This document shows positions 1 through 10,569 of a stretch of 64,000 nucleotides of DNA, piece after piece. The stretch lies in assembly GCF_055900595.2 (NCBI RefSeq), contig NZ_CM148325.1, one strand, 5' to 3'. Each line of letters opens with the position of its first letter. Within the stretch, counting starts at the first letter, position 1. The notes under the pieces were generated by a model, which was not told the DNA's origin, searched no databases, and saw only the letters and a program-made list of their open reading frames with translations. Position numbers and translations under genes: made by a program.

Positions 1-676
1 ACGACAATCGTTCAACTTCCTCATCAAACAGCTCCACGCGAAGTGCAATGTCATCCGATTCTGCCGGGAAGATATCAATCACCTCGCCACGAACGCGGAA
101 AGTGCCACGCTGGAAGGCTTGATCATTCCGGGTGTATTGCAGCTCCGCCAGTCGACGCAGGATCGCGCGCTGATCGATAATCATACCGACCGTAAGATGG
201 AGCATCATCTTGAGATATAAATCAGGATCGCCCAGACCATAAATCGCGGAAACCGATGCCACCACAACCACATCACGCCGCTCCAGCATCGCTTTGGTGG
301 CGGACAAACGCATCTGCTCGATATGTTCGTTTACCGAGGCATCTTTCTCAATGAAGGTGTCGGAACTCGGTACATAGGCTTCCGGCTGATAATAGTCGTA
401 GTAGGAGACGAAATATTCCACCGCGTTTTCCGGGAAGAACTCTTTCATTTCGCCGTACAGTTGGGCCGCCAGCGTTTTGTTGGGCGCCAGTACCATGGTT
501 GGGCGCTGAAGGTCAGCAATGACATTGGCGATGGTGAAGGTTTTCCCGGAGCCAGTTACACCGAGTAACGTCTGGTGCGCCAGGCCATCTTCCAGCCCCT
601 CTTCGAGACGTCGAATCGCCTCTGGCTGATCGCCAGAAGGTTTAAAAGCGGAATTCAGTTTGAACGGTTTACTCAT
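1..676 (-). CDS. uvrB: UvrB excinuclease subunit B, N-terminal part (3' end lies left of window)
   Basis: Reverse strand from ATG 676-674 reads [27 protein letters not shown]... with GVTGSGKT Walker A near 540-565. The frame is open to the window edge, so it is absent from the ORF track. Confidence 0.9.
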   Translation of the reverse strand, partial: MSKPFKLNSAFKPSGDQPEAIRRLEEGLEDGLAHQTLLGVTGSGKTFTIANVIADLQRPTMVLAPNKTLAAQLYGEMKEFFPENAVEYFVSYYDYYQPEAYVPSSDTFIEKDASVNEHIEQMRLSATKAMLERRDVVVVASVSAIYGLGDPDLYLKMMLHLTVGMIIDQRAILRRLAELQYTRNDQAFQRGTFRVRGEVIDIFPAESDDIALRVELFDEEVERLS

Positions 677-752
677 GAGTCGCTACCTGAAGGAGTTGGG
701 CGGGCAGGTATGTAATTTTACTCGTCGTACTTAATTATGCCAACAAATTATA

Positions 753-768
753 CTGGATAAAAAAACAG
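753..768. promoter_or_regulatory. SOS (LexA) box upstream of uvrB
   Basis: CTGGATAAAAAAACAG fits CTG-N10-CAG and lies about 80 bp upstream of the uvrB ATG. Confidence 0.6.
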
Positions 769-1071
769 TTCCCCACCATAATATTTCTGTTACAGCGTAA
801 ACTCTGCTGTCAATCATGAGCAAAATTTACTCTGTGGCGAGATAAAACTCCGGCCTTACGGGGTTATCCCCAAAGCAACGGCTTTTTTAACATTTGTCAA
901 GATGAGTGATGACAGTTTTATGGCAAGAGATGCCTCTTCAGTGACTGCCATTGCAATTATCTAACCAGTTAAAAAATAAAAGATATTTCTTTGAGCCGTC
1001 TTTAACGCCAATTCGCGTGCAAGCCGCGTATTCTCTCGCTTGCCTCGTGTTTTCTAACTCTAATACACATG

Positions 1072-1096
1072 GTTATCCACAGGAATAGTGGATAAC
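1072..1096. promoter_or_regulatory. Inverted pair of DnaA-box-like 9-mers
   Basis: GTTATCCAC-N7-GTGGATAAC; TTATCCACA matches the DnaA box consensus TTATNCACA. Confidence 0.35.
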
Positions 1097-1254
1097 TGTC
1101 TGCAGCCCCTATCCCCCGCCGCCTGGGCAATTCCCACATTCACCGCATGATGCGGAAGTAAAATTTTTTTCGTGATTATTTTAGAATTTAATTGGTTAAA
1201 TTGCAGTCAACCGAAGACGCGATCTCGCTCGCAATTTAACCAAATACAGGATGG

Positions 1255-1932
1255 CTACAACAAGGCAAGGTTTATGTACTTTCCGGTTGCCGCATTTTCT
1301 GGATTTTCTGCAAGCCAGGGAATTTCGCCCAGCAGCGGCGCGGGAATCATGCGGGTGAGCGTGGTCATATATTCAGCGTGACGTTTTCCAGGAGGCGTGA
1401 CATCATTCGCCACCCAACCCGCCAGAGTCAGTCCGGCGTGTTGTATTGCCTGTGCCGTCAACATCGCGTGATTAATACAGCCGAGTTTCACACCAACTAC
1501 CAGTATCACCGGCAGTTGTTCCTGTGTTACCCAATCCGCAAAAGTGAAAGTGTCAGAAAGCGGCGTAAACCAGCCGCCAGCACCTTCCACTAACACCCAG
1601 TCAGCCTGTTGTTCAAGCGCGCGTAATCCGGCGCTCATTACCAATGATTCTATCGGCCTGCCCTCTTGCGCGCTGATGATGTGCGGTGAAGTGGGTTCTG
1701 CGAAGGTGTAAGGATTTACCGTTGCGTAATCCAGCTGCAGGCTGCCGTTGTGCTGTAACGCCAGCGCGTCACTATTACGTAAGCCGTCCGGGGTCTTTTC
1801 GCTGCCAGAGGCGACCGGTTTATAACCTGCCGTCCGATAACCTGCTGCCTTCGCGGCTTGTAAAAGTGCACAACTGGCGACAGTTTTCCCCACTTCGGTA
1901 TCCGTTCCGGTGACAAAATAACGTTTACTCAC
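1255..1932 (-). CDS. bioD: Dethiobiotin synthetase
   Basis: ORF track 1255-1938. [17 protein letters not shown]-loop; GTG at 1932 gives the canonical MSKRYF start; last gene of bioBFCD. Confidence 0.93.
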   Translation of the reverse strand: MSKRYFVTGTDTEVGKTVASCALLQAAKAAGYRTAGYKPVASGSEKTPDGLRNSDALALQHNGSLQLDYATVNPYTFAEPTSPHIISAQEGRPIESLVMSAGLRALEQQADWVLVEGAGGWFTPLSDTFTFADWVTQEQLPVILVVGVKLGCINHAMLTAQAIQHAGLTLAGWVANDVTPPGKRHAEYMTTLTRMIPAPLLGEIPWLAENPENAATGKYINLALL

Positions 1933-2680
1933 GAGCAATCACTCCCAAAAAAAGATGATACGTCAGAGGATATCGCCCCTGTTGTTGCGGCCAGGCCAGT
2001 TGCAATCGCTGCAACTGCGAACGCGTTAATATTCGTGGGTAGCGCCCTTCATGAAGATGCGTGGCACCGATGCCTTTCAGCGAACGCATGGCACTGAGCG
2101 CATCAGCAAACCACAGCGTGATGGGCTGAATATGATGTTGATAATGCACGCTGTTCAGCGACTGTTCGATTTCATCTGGCGGTAAAAAGCGATTAGCATG
2201 CGGGCGCTCGTCCACCGCCTGCCACGCCTGATGCAATTCAGGGAGCGATCCCTGCACCAGCGTGGTAAACGCGACCACGCCTCCGGGGCGCACCACGCGA
2301 TACAGCTCGCGAAGTGCCGTGGATAAATTACCGCACCACTGCACCGCGAGATTGCTCCATGCAAGATCGAAGGTTGCAGTCGCTAACGGCAGGGATTCGA
2401 TATCTCCCGCCAGATAATGGTCTGCGGCATCCTTCTGGCGTGCCTGAACAAGCATTGGCGGCGAGAGATCTAACGCTGTCACCTGCGCGTGACGTTCCCG
2501 CCAGTGGCGACTCATCCAGCCTGGTCCACAACCCGCGTCCAGCACGTGGGTGTATTTACGCTGTGGGAGCATTGCCAGTAAGACGTCAGCACTCTGGCGC
2601 TGTAGATCCGCATGTTGCTCATAATGTGCGGCTGCCCGACCAAATGCCGCAGCAATGGCTTGTTTATTAACCGTTGCCAT
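1925..2680 (-). CDS. bioC: Malonyl-ACP O-methyltransferase
   Basis: ORF 1925-2719. Internal start [17 protein letters not shown] at 2680; SAM-MTase motif LDAGCGPG; overlaps the bioF stop. Confidence 0.92.
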   Translation of the reverse strand: MATVNKQAIAAAFGRAAAHYEQHADLQRQSADVLLAMLPQRKYTHVLDAGCGPGWMSRHWRERHAQVTALDLSPPMLVQARQKDAADHYLAGDIESLPLATATFDLAWSNLAVQWCGNLSTALRELYRVVRPGGVVAFTTLVQGSLPELHQAWQAVDERPHANRFLPPDEIEQSLNSVHYQHHIQPITLWFADALSAMRSLKGIGATHLHEGRYPRILTRSQLQRLQLAWPQQQGRYPLTYHLFLGVIARE

Positions 2681-3821
2681 GCAGCACCTCCAGCAGACGG
2701 TCGATATCCTGCATTTCATGCGCGGCGGTTAGCGTTAAGCGCAGTCGCGCAGTACCAGCGGGTACGGTTGGCGGGCGAATCGCCGTGACCCAGCAGCCTT
2801 GCTGGCGCAGTTTTTCTGCCAGTTGTAACGCACGGCTGTTATCACCGACAATCAATGGCTGGATGGCGCTGTATGAATCAGCAAGCGTAAACGGCAAATC
2901 CTGTACTCCGGCACGAAAACGCGTAATGAGTGCCGCCAGTTTTTCGCGCCGTGCATCACCCTCATCACTGCGAATGACCGCCAGCGACGCACGTAATGCC
3001 TGCGCCTGAGCGGGCGGCATACTGGTGCTGTAAATAAGATGGCGGGCAAATTGCAGTAGATAATCCGCCACCGTATCGGAGCAAAGCACCGCTGCCCCGC
3101 TGACGCCAAATCCTTTGCCAAAAGTCACCACCAGAAGTTCCGGTTTCACCTGCTGTTGCCAGCAGCTACCGCGCCCCTGTTCACCGATCACGCCCGTGCC
3201 GTGGGCATCGTCGACCATCAACCAGCCGTTGTGCTGTTGCGTTACCTGCTGGATTTCCGCCAGTGGCGCACTATCGCCGTCCATGCTGAACACGCCTTCT
3301 GTCACCACCAGTTGCTGCCCCGGACAGGGGGAAGCAAGCAGTCGCGCCAGATGAGCGACATCGTTATGGGTAAAACGGCGAAGCTGCGACGGGCTTAAAC
3401 TGGCAGCTTCCAGCAATGAGGCGTGACTCAGCCGATCGGCAACAATACGGTCCTCTTTCGCCGTCATCGCGGTAATGACTGCCTGGTTAGCGGCAAAACC
3501 AGAGATAAACAGCAGTGCCCGCGAATAGCCCAGCCACTCGGCCAGTTCTTCTTCCAGCGCCTGATGCGCCACGCTATAACCGCTGACGTGACCGGAACCG
3601 CCGCTACCGACGCCAAATTGCTCCGCACCCTGCTTCCATGCACGGATGATGTGCGGATGATGACTTAAACCTAAATAATCGTTACTGGAAAAGTTCAGAT
3701 ACTGGCATTCATCCGCCACCAGCCAGCGTCCGGCCCCTTGCGCCACCGGATAACGGCGACGCAGGGCATCGGCAGCACGCCGCGCATCGAGCGCCGCGTT
3801 GATTTTCTCCTGCCAGCTCAT
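2667..3821 (-). CDS. bioF: 8-amino-7-oxononanoate synthase
   Basis: 384 aa, [23 protein letters not shown]..., PLP-enzyme features, bio operon synteny. Confidence 0.95.
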   Translation of the reverse strand: MSWQEKINAALDARRAADALRRRYPVAQGAGRWLVADECQYLNFSSNDYLGLSHHPHIIRAWKQGAEQFGVGSGGSGHVSGYSVAHQALEEELAEWLGYSRALLFISGFAANQAVITAMTAKEDRIVADRLSHASLLEAASLSPSQLRRFTHNDVAHLARLLASPCPGQQLVVTEGVFSMDGDSAPLAEIQQVTQQHNGWLMVDDAHGTGVIGEQGRGSCWQQQVKPELLVVTFGKGFGVSGAAVLCSDTVADYLLQFARHLIYSTSMPPAQAQALRASLAVIRSDEGDARREKLAALITRFRAGVQDLPFTLADSYSAIQPLIVGDNSRALQLAEKLRQQGCWVTAIRPPTVPAGTARLRLTLTAAHEMQDIDRLLEVLHGNG

Positions 3822-4858
3822 AGTGCTGCCGCGTTGTAATATTCGTCAGTGTCCGGGGTCATCAGCGCCTGTTCAAGACGTTGCTGTTGTTCGTTATCGC
3901 CCGCCAGCACTGCGGTTTGCTGCGGATTTAACCCCAGTTTGCGGAACAGTTGCAGGTCTTTATCTTCTTCCGGATTCGGCGTGGTCAGCAATTTGCAACC
4001 GTAGAAAATCGAGTTTGCGCCAGCCATAAAGCACATCGCCTGAGTCTGTTCGTTCATCTGCTCGCGTCCGGCAGAAAGGCGCACGTAAGAGGTCGGCATC
4101 ATGATCCGCGCGACTGCAATAGTGCGAATAAAATCAAAGGCATCGACATCATCGTTATCTGCCAGTGGAGTGCCTTTCACCTTCACCAGCATGTTGATTG
4201 GTACGCTTTCCGGCGGCGTCGGCAGGTTTGCCAGTTGCAGCAATAATCCAGCGCGATCTTTTACCGTTTCGCCTAAACCTACAATGCCACCTGAACAGAC
4301 TTTGATCCCGGCATCACGCACTTTTTCCAGCGTGTCGAGACGTTCCTGATAAGTGCGTGTGGTGATGATATTGCCGTAAAACTCCGGCGAGGTGTCGAGG
4401 TTGTGGTTGTAGTAATCCAGCCCGGCATTCGCAAGGCGCTGCGCCTGAGATTCACTCAACGTGCCCAGCGTCATACACGCCTCCAGGCCCATCGCTTTTA
4501 CCCCCTGCACCATCTGTTCCAGGTACGGCATGTCGCGTTCGTGGGGATTCTTCCACGCCGCGCCCATACAGAAACGTGTCGATCCCGCCGCTTTCGCTTT
4601 TCGCGCCGACTCCAATACCTGTTCAACTTCCATCAACCGCTCAGCTTCCAGTCCGGTTTTATAACGCGAGCTTTGCGGGCAGTATTTGCAATCTTCCGGA
4701 CAAGCTCCGGTTTTAATTGACAGCAAAGTACTGACCTGCACCTGACGAGGATCGAAATGCTGACGATGCACCTGCTGCGCTTCAAACAGCAGATCCAGCA
4801 ACGGTTTTTCAAATAATTCTGTGACTTGCGACAATGTCCAGCGTGGGCGGTTAGCCAT
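3818..4858 (-). CDS. bioB: Biotin synthase (radical SAM)
   Basis: 346 aa with [10 protein letters not shown] radical-SAM cysteine motif; divergent from bioA. Confidence 0.96.
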   Translation of the reverse strand: MANRPRWTLSQVTELFEKPLLDLLFEAQQVHRQHFDPRQVQVSTLLSIKTGACPEDCKYCPQSSRYKTGLEAERLMEVEQVLESARKAKAAGSTRFCMGAAWKNPHERDMPYLEQMVQGVKAMGLEACMTLGTLSESQAQRLANAGLDYYNHNLDTSPEFYGNIITTRTYQERLDTLEKVRDAGIKVCSGGIVGLGETVKDRAGLLLQLANLPTPPESVPINMLVKVKGTPLADNDDVDAFDFIRTIAVARIMMPTSYVRLSAGREQMNEQTQAMCFMAGANSIFYGCKLLTTPNPEEDKDLQLFRKLGLNPQQTAVLAGDNEQQQRLEQALMTPDTDEYYNAAAL

Positions 4859-4898
4859 GGGGCTTCTCCAAAACGTGTTTTTTGTTGTTAATTCGGTG

Positions 4899-4942
4899 TA
4901 GACTTGTAAACCTAAATCTTTTCAATTTGGTTTACAAGTCGA
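4899..4942. promoter_or_regulatory. bioO: bio operator/divergent promoters (BirA site)
   Basis: Inverted repeat TTGTAAACC (4904-4912) / GGTTTACAA (4929-4937) between the bioB and bioA starts. Confidence 0.8.
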
Positions 4943-4944
4943 TT

Positions 4945-6234
4945 ATGACAACGGACGATCTTGCCTTTGACCAACGCCATATCTGGCACCCATACACATC
5001 CATGACCTCCCCGCTACCGGTTTATCCGGTGGCGAGCGCCGAAGGTTGCGAGCTGATTTTGTCTGACGGCAGACGCCTGATTGACGGTATGTCGTCCTGG
5101 TGGGCGGCAATCCACGGCTACAACCACCCGCAGCTCAATGCGGCAATGAAGTCGCAAATTGATGCCATGTCGCATGTGATGTTTGGCGGTATCACCCATG
5201 CGCCGGCCATCGAGCTATGCCGCAAACTGGTGGCGATGACGCCGCAACCGCTGGAGTGCGTTTTTCTCGCGGACTCCGGCTCCGTAGCGGTGGAAGTGGC
5301 GATGAAAATGGCGTTGCAGTACTGGCAAGCCAAAGGCGAAGCGCGCCAGCGTTTTCTGACCTTCCGCAATGGTTATCATGGCGATACCTTTGGCGCGATG
5401 TCGGTGTGCGATCCAGACAACTCAATGCACAGCCTGTGGAAAGGCTATCTGCCAGAAAACCTGTTTGCTCCCGCGCCGCAAAGCCGCATGGATGGCGAAT
5501 GGGATGAACGCGATATGGTGGGCTTCGCACGTCTGATGGCGGCGCATCGTCATGAAATCGCGGCGGTGATCATTGAACCGATTGTTCAGGGCGCTGGCGG
5601 AATGCGCATGTACCATCCGGAATGGTTAAAACGAATCCGCAAAATGTGCGTTCGTGAAGGTATCTTGCTGATTGCCGACGAGATAGCCACCGGATTTGGT
5701 CGTACCGGCAAACTGTTTGCCTGCGAACATGCAGAAATTGCGCCGGACATTTTATGCCTCGGTAAAGCCTTAACCGGCGGTACGATGACCCTTTCCGCCA
5801 CGCTCACTACGCGCGAAGTGGCTGAAACTATCAGCAACGGCGAAGCCGGATGCTTTATGCACGGGCCAACCTTTATGGGCAATCCGCTGGCCTGCGCGGC
5901 AGCAAACGCCAGCCTGGCCATTATCGAATCTGGCGACTGGCAGCAGCAGGTAGCGACTATTGAAGCACAACTGCGCGAGCAACTGGCTCCTGCCCGTGAC
6001 GCCGAAATGGTTGCCGATGTGCGCGTGCTGGGAGCGATTGGCGTGGTCGAAACCACTCGTCCGGTGAATATGGCTGCGCTGCAAAAATTCTTTGTCGAAC
6101 AGGGTGTCTGGATCCGACCTTTTGGCAAGCTGATTTACCTGATGCCACCCTATATCATTCACCCGCAACAGTTGCAGCGCCTGACCGCAGCGGTTAATTG
6201 CGCGGTGCAGGATGAAACATTTTTTTGCCAATAA
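4945..6234 (+). CDS. bioA: Adenosylmethionine-8-amino-7-oxononanoate aminotransferase
   Basis: ORF 4882-6234. Canonical start [20 protein letters not shown] at ATG 4945; class III aminotransferase. Confidence 0.95.
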   Translation: MTTDDLAFDQRHIWHPYTSMTSPLPVYPVASAEGCELILSDGRRLIDGMSSWWAAIHGYNHPQLNAAMKSQIDAMSHVMFGGITHAPAIELCRKLVAMTPQPLECVFLADSGSVAVEVAMKMALQYWQAKGEARQRFLTFRNGYHGDTFGAMSVCDPDNSMHSLWKGYLPENLFAPAPQSRMDGEWDERDMVGFARLMAAHRHEIAAVIIEPIVQGAGGMRMYHPEWLKRIRKMCVREGILLIADEIATGFGRTGKLFACEHAEIAPDILCLGKALTGGTMTLSATLTTREVAETISNGEAGCFMHGPTFMGNPLACAAANASLAIIESGDWQQQVATIEAQLREQLAPARDAEMVADVRVLGAIGVVETTRPVNMAALQKFFVEQGVWIRPFGKLIYLMPPYIIHPQQLQRLTAAVNCAVQDETFFCQ

Positions 6235-6292
6235 CGAGCAGTCAGCGTGAGGTTTTCTGGCTACACTTTCTGCAAACAAGAAAGGAGGGTTC

Positions 6293-6769
6293 ATGAAACT
6301 CATTAGTAATGATCTGCGCGATGGCGATAAGCTGCCGCATCGCCATGTCTTTAACGGCATGGGTTACGATGGCGATAATATTTCGCCGCATCTGGCATGG
6401 GATGATGTTCCTGCGGGAACCAAAAGTTTTGTCGTCACCTGCTACGACCCGGATGCGCCAACTGGCTCTGGCTGGTGGCACTGGGTAGTTGTTAACTTAC
6501 CCGCTGATACCCGCGTATTACCGCAAGGGTTTGGCTCTGGTCTGGTAGCAATGCCAGACGGCGTTTTGCAGACGCGAACTGACTTTGGTAAAACCGGGTA
6601 CGATGGCGCAGCGCCGCCGAAGGGCGAAACTCATCGCTACATTTTTACCGTTCACGCGCTGGATGTAGAACGTATTGATGTCGATGAAGGTGCCAGTGGC
6701 GCGATGGTCGGGTTTAACGTCCATTTCCACTCTCTGGCAAGCGCCTCGATTACTGCGATGTTTAGTTAA
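6293..6769 (+). CDS. ybhB: PEBP/RKIP-family protein YbhB
   Basis: 158 aa, MKLISNDLRDGDKLPHRHVFNGMGYDG...; sits between bioA and attB(lambda) as in K-12. Confidence 0.9.
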   Translation: MKLISNDLRDGDKLPHRHVFNGMGYDGDNISPHLAWDDVPAGTKSFVVTCYDPDAPTGSGWWHWVVVNLPADTRVLPQGFGSGLVAMPDGVLQTRTDFGKTGYDGAAPPKGETHRYIFTVHALDVERIDVDEGASGAMVGFNVHFHSLASASITAMFS

Positions 6770-6859
6770 TTGCTCAACCAGATGGCGCAATGCTATCTGG
6801 TATCACTTAAAGGTATTAAAAACAACTTTTTGTCTTTTTACCTTCCCGTTTCGCTCAAG

Positions 6860-7020
6860 TTAGTATAAAAAAGCTGAACGTGAAACATTAAAAGCCATTA
6901 ATATCAATGCATTACAATATTTTTAGTCTAAAAAATAGACTACATAATGCTACAAAACACAACATACCCAGTCACTATGAATCAACCACTTAGATGGTAT
7001 TAGTGACCTGTAACAGAGCA
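6860..7020. other. attR-type junction (P-O-B'): att core plus lambda-like P arm
   Basis: Reverse complement reads ...CGTTCAGCTTTTTTATACTAACTTGAGCGA. The inner 150 bp resembles the lambda P arm (CTGTTACAGGTCACTAATACCATCTAAGT...) with scattered substitutions. Confidence 0.85.
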
Positions 7021-7061
7021 TTAGCGCAAGGTGACTTTTTGTCTTCTTGCGCTAATTTTTT
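7021..7061 (+). terminator. sib: sib/tI-type hairpin terminator (int retroregulation element)
   Basis: TTAGCGCAAG-N14-CTTGCGCTAA followed by TTTTTTG. It matches my recollection of lambda tI/sib and becomes contiguous with int only after excision. Confidence 0.7.
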
Positions 7062-7265
7062 GTCAAACACATTACGTCGTTTGCTGAATTTACAACCATG
7101 CTCAGTATCTCGATAAGCGCAGAGAAATGATGCAGTGGTGGGCGGATTGGCTTGATGAAAAGGTGTAGCAACCAACATTGCTATATCTCAGATAGCACAA
7201 AGCCTTGCAATCCAGTGCAAAGCTTTGTGTGTCTCAGTTTTGTCTCATCGGTAATTATGTGTTCG

Positions 7266-7565
7266 CTACGATGCAAGAATCCATACCAATAAGCATCCGA
7301 TAATTGGGAAAGAAAAATCCAACAAACTTCCCACATCCCACACGCGTGGATCAAAACCTCCCCACCACGGCATGTTGACACGTTTCCCTTTCCCAAACTT
7401 TTCTATCCAGCGATATTCTGCCTGGGTGTGTTCACGCGCAATGAAGAACGTACAACCGGCTATCGCACCGTAAGCCCAGTTTCCGGTAAAAATACCAACC
7501 AGTACCTGAGCCGCAAAAGCGCAAAGCGAGTGAAGAAATGGAGTGACATCAATGCTCTTAATCAT
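7266..7565 (-). CDS. Small integral membrane protein (about 3 TM), unknown function, coupled to tailspike stop
   Basis: 99 aa. Hydrophobic stretches [46 protein letters not shown]. Its ATG overlaps the tailspike TGA (ATGA at 7562-7565). Confidence 0.6.
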   Translation of the reverse strand: MIKSIDVTPFLHSLCAFAAQVLVGIFTGNWAYGAIAGCTFFIAREHTQAEYRWIEKFGKGKRVNMPWWGGFDPRVWDVGSLLDFSFPIIGCLLVWILAS

Positions 7566-9619
7566 GAAACTTCCCCATTGGTTGAAAATATGGCTCCTCC
7601 AACTCCAAGTGTATTTCGTGTTGTGCTCAACCTAAGAGGGCTGGAGTCAGAATTAGAATATCCTGTAGCAGAAATAAAAGATCCTCCACTAATAGTCAAC
7701 TGCGGAACATCGGCTATATCTGAATAAGTTCTGTCAGCAACAGTATTATTTATAGCCACATGTGATCCAAAAAAACTTCTTATTGTTTGGTTTTTAACTT
7801 TACTTCCTTCAATGGTTATCCTACTACCACAGTCAGCAATAAATCCTGAATCTGCATCCAGCGTTGCATTCATAAAAGAAGCTTCAGATCTCTCTACATC
7901 AATCCATCTAATATCTTTTGTGGGATTTGCACCAAATACATGACAAATATTAGAGTTAAACCTTACACCATCTTGGAGGTGCATTAATTTTTTTATATCT
8001 GTACCCCATAGCCTTGGAAAATTAACAGATGCTCCTGCATGGCAATCAAATCCCAGCTCAACCCCTGAGATATCTACAGCCTTTCCGGAAATAACAGCAC
8101 CAGTGTCTGCATTAACGGCTGTTCCACAATTGCGCATATCATTACCAGCAACATCAACACAACCCGCACCATCAATACGCACACCAAGTGCACATCCATA
8201 AAAACCTTTTTCAATATTTGGTTCAAGGACTTTACCACTTGTTTCTGCATCACTTTCTTCAACGTCATGTCGTCTTGCATCAACATATGCTGTATGAATG
8301 CACGTTAATCCACGATATGAGCAATGTATAGTTTTATGGTCGCGTATATTAACATTTGAACCATCTCTTACATTCCATCCTATATAACAATAGCTTGCAC
8401 TTGACCCCTGAAAATCTGCTTTAACATTATAAATACAATTAACTGACGCAACCGTACTCTCTGTGCACCGTTCAAACTTACTTACAGGCATTGATGCCTT
8501 GACATTATTTACCAGTTGCAGGGAAGAGTATCTGCTATAAGAAAAATCACATACGTAATACCCTTCTGGCATATATGCAGCAACACTTTCCTCATCAGGA
8601 GCACATCCGGTATGATATGCACTAATTTTTGCACCAAAACTACCATGAATTCCAACGTAGAACTTTCGAGCACCTGAATACGGATAGAAATTAAGTTCAG
8701 CTTTTTGAGTTACAATAAATGCACAAACATCGCTATCATCTCTATTTTCTTCAATCTGAATAGCAAATACAGGACTTTTTGCTGCATCGCAAATGTAAAA
8801 TAAATATTTGTATTCGTAATACGTCCTAACAGTTTTAGTAAACAAACTGGTATCAGAGAAAACCACTGAGTCTTCTGATATTATTTTAATCCATGATAAG
8901 TCACATCCTGCTGAAATTTCTATTTGCTCATTGAGCACAAAACCGGAAAGAATTTTAATTATGCAAAAATCAATGCCATTTTTCCATAGTGGACGCAGTG
9001 CAACAGCTGAGTTTAGAGCATCACTAATAGATTTAAAATTACCATATTCCCCAACTGTTATTGTGAATGCATACCTGGAATTAAATACTGCGGCACTCTC
9101 TCCAGAGTTAATAGCTGCAGATATCATGTCATAATTTGATATAAAATCATTTGGCGTGATTATTTCTGCGTTTTTATTGTGCTGTGTTCTAAGTTTTGAA
9201 TTTACATGAACACTTTTAACTGCAATACGGGAGTCGTCAACAAGTATTTCATTACCCTCTGTTGCTAACTCTTGTCTTAACTGATCCGGGTCATACTTCA
9301 GCACATTCGGAAAATAGAACTGCTGCACACCGTACGCATCATAAACAGCCATAGAATGGCCCTGTACAGTAACGAATTTGGCAATCTGTCCGTTATATAC
9401 CGGATATCCAGCAGCGTTAATGATGATTGGTTGCGAAACAGGAACGTGAGATCCATCTTCGTTCTCTACATAAACCTGAATCTGGTTTTCAGGATTTACA
9501 GGGGCAGTATCAATTTTACCGATATAAATTTTGCCATTGGCTACGGCTTTAAAAGAACGCGCCATAGTGAAGAGTTGCGAAGGCATACTCACTACAACAT
9601 TGGCTGTAATGTCTGTCAT
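7562..9619 (-). CDS. Tailspike (P22 gp9-type head-binding N-domain, unrelated low-GC receptor-binding domain)
   Basis: 685 aa. The N-terminal ~115 aa [34 protein letters not shown]...VLKYDPDQ parallels P22 gp9. The remainder is AT-rich with repeat-like beta-helix character. Confidence 0.85.
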   Translation of the reverse strand: MTDITANVVVSMPSQLFTMARSFKAVANGKIYIGKIDTAPVNPENQIQVYVENEDGSHVPVSQPIIINAAGYPVYNGQIAKFVTVQGHSMAVYDAYGVQQFYFPNVLKYDPDQLRQELATEGNEILVDDSRIAVKSVHVNSKLRTQHNKNAEIITPNDFISNYDMISAAINSGESAAVFNSRYAFTITVGEYGNFKSISDALNSAVALRPLWKNGIDFCIIKILSGFVLNEQIEISAGCDLSWIKIISEDSVVFSDTSLFTKTVRTYYEYKYLFYICDAAKSPVFAIQIEENRDDSDVCAFIVTQKAELNFYPYSGARKFYVGIHGSFGAKISAYHTGCAPDEESVAAYMPEGYYVCDFSYSRYSSLQLVNNVKASMPVSKFERCTESTVASVNCIYNVKADFQGSSASYCYIGWNVRDGSNVNIRDHKTIHCSYRGLTCIHTAYVDARRHDVEESDAETSGKVLEPNIEKGFYGCALGVRIDGAGCVDVAGNDMRNCGTAVNADTGAVISGKAVDISGVELGFDCHAGASVNFPRLWGTDIKKLMHLQDGVRFNSNICHVFGANPTKDIRWIDVERSEASFMNATLDADSGFIADCGSRITIEGSKVKNQTIRSFFGSHVAINNTVADRTYSDIADVPQLTISGGSFISATGYSNSDSSPLRLSTTRNTLGVGGAIFSTNGEVS

Positions 9620-9687
9620 TTAATTTGCTCCAGATACAAGGAATCGCCGCAGCATTGCCACAGTGATGCATTATTAATCAAACAAAG

Positions 9688-9702
9688 AGACCACTGTGGT
9701 CT
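9688..9702. promoter_or_regulatory. Mnt-operator-like palindrome
   Basis: Perfect 7-1-7 palindrome AGACCAC-T-GTGGTCT between the mnt start (9766) and the tailspike start (9619). Its half-site resembles P22 Omnt GTCCAC/GTGGAC. Confidence 0.5.
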
Positions 9703-9765
9703 TATTGAGGATGCAACCAGCAGATAATAAGATGCCGATCCACTCACAAAAGCGAGGCATCAAGA

Positions 9766-10134
9766 ATGGGAAGAGATGACCCGCAATTTAATCTGCGGCT
9801 ACCTTACGAATTAAAGGAAAAACTAAAACAGCGAGCCAAATCCAATGGCCGCTCTCTTAATTCAGAATTAGTTCAGATAGTGACTGATGCTGTATCAAAG
9901 CCATCCAAAATTTCAGGCTATCGAGACGATGCGGAACGCATCGCTGATGAGCAGTCAGAGCTTGTTAAGAAGATGGTGTTTGATACGCTGAAGGATTTGT
10001 ACAAAAACCCACCTGATGGTGGGTTCCATTTATTAGTCTTGCTTTGTGGACGGTATAAGGGATGCATTTGCCTCTTTAGGCTTCAAGGTATACATCCCAC
10101 CATTAAATGGATCTACAGCAAGCCAACCAATTAA
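9766..10134 (+). CDS. mnt: Mnt-like ribbon-helix-helix repressor with non-homologous C-terminal extension
   Basis: MGRDDPQFNLRLPYELKEKLKQRAKSNGRSLNSELVQIV...SELVKKMVFDTLKDLYK parallels P22 Mnt (83 aa). The ORF then runs 43 more codons through a terminator hairpin and into the convergent lipoprotein gene. Confidence 0.75.
   Translation: MGRDDPQFNLRLPYELKEKLKQRAKSNGRSLNSELVQIVTDAVSKPSKISGYRDDAERIADEQSELVKKMVFDTLKDLYKNPPDGGFHLLVLLCGRYKGCICLFRLQGIHPTIKWIYSKPTN
10001..10025 (-). terminator. Intrinsic terminator downstream of lipoprotein gene
   Basis: Minus strand reads AACCCACC-ATCA-GGTGGGTT followed by TTTTTG. It lies immediately after the stop at 10033. Confidence 0.65.
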
Positions 10135-10452
10135 CCCACCAAACACAAGGTTTCCACCAATATACCAACCATTAGCATTGGCTTTGATTGGCAGGGTAAC
10201 TGGTTCGTACCCATCCTTCTCCATAGTGATCTGGTAGCTCTTTTTGCCAAAATAACTACCATCTGACTTGGCAAGAGTTACTCCTTGCGGGGTCTTACCT
10301 TGCGCAACAATCACGCCTGATTCGTCTTTTACCTTAAAGCTCGCACCGGAAGGATTGCTGTTCACTTGCACAAGCTGTGTTTCGTCACCAACAATAGTTG
10401 CGCACCCAGATAACATGATAACGCCAGCAACGACGCCAATAATCCTCTTCAT
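10033..10452 (-). CDS. Lipoprotein with PEGA-like beta domain and Gly-rich C-terminal segment
   Basis: MKRIIGVVAGVIMLSGC lipobox (start taken at the second Met, 10452). C-terminal GWYIGGNLVFGGLIGWLAVDPFNGG. AT-rich moron in the immI/sieA region. Confidence 0.75.
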   Translation of the reverse strand: MKRIIGVVAGVIMLSGCATIVGDETQLVQVNSNPSGASFKVKDESGVIVAQGKTPQGVTLAKSDGSYFGKKSYQITMEKDGYEPVTLPIKANANGWYIGGNLVFGGLIGWLAVDPFNGGMYTLKPKEANASLIPSTKQD

Positions 10453-10569
10453 ATCAATTTCCATATTTAAAAAACCGGAAACATCCTAATGACAAACCAT
10501 TCAAATGTGAAGTAGGCAAAAGATGTTTACTTTTTTCATGGTATCCTGCTCAAAACTAAGGAGGTTGGC

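Noticed and set aside
4882-4944. N-terminal extensions suggested by the ORF track: bioA from 4882, bioC to 2719, ybhD from 52289, ybhA from 54394, galE from 60829, ninC to 31726, ninI to 29604, cro to 36149, cII to 35742.
   Set aside because: The extensions run through known promoter or operator DNA or through upstream genes, and they use non-canonical starts. Internal ATG/GTG starts reproduce the canonical N-termini.
6990-7178. 62-aa minus-strand ORF at the left prophage end.
   Set aside because: It overlaps the attP P arm and the sib/tI hairpin. It has no SD and lies in sequence homologous to non-coding lambda DNA.
7181-7396. 71-aa ORF overlapping the 99-aa membrane-protein gene in another frame.
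   Set aside because: It is a shadow frame. The 7266-7565 frame has the coupled start and coherent TM segments.
10006-10025. Three terminator hairpins share a CC-TGAT-GG loop architecture (10006-10025, 38128-38145, 44200-44213). I considered them as a possible conserved recombination joint or mobile terminator cassette.
   Set aside because: The stems differ in sequence and only the tetraloop and closing pairs are shared. This is common among E. coli and phage intrinsic terminators, so it is insufficient evidence for a related element.
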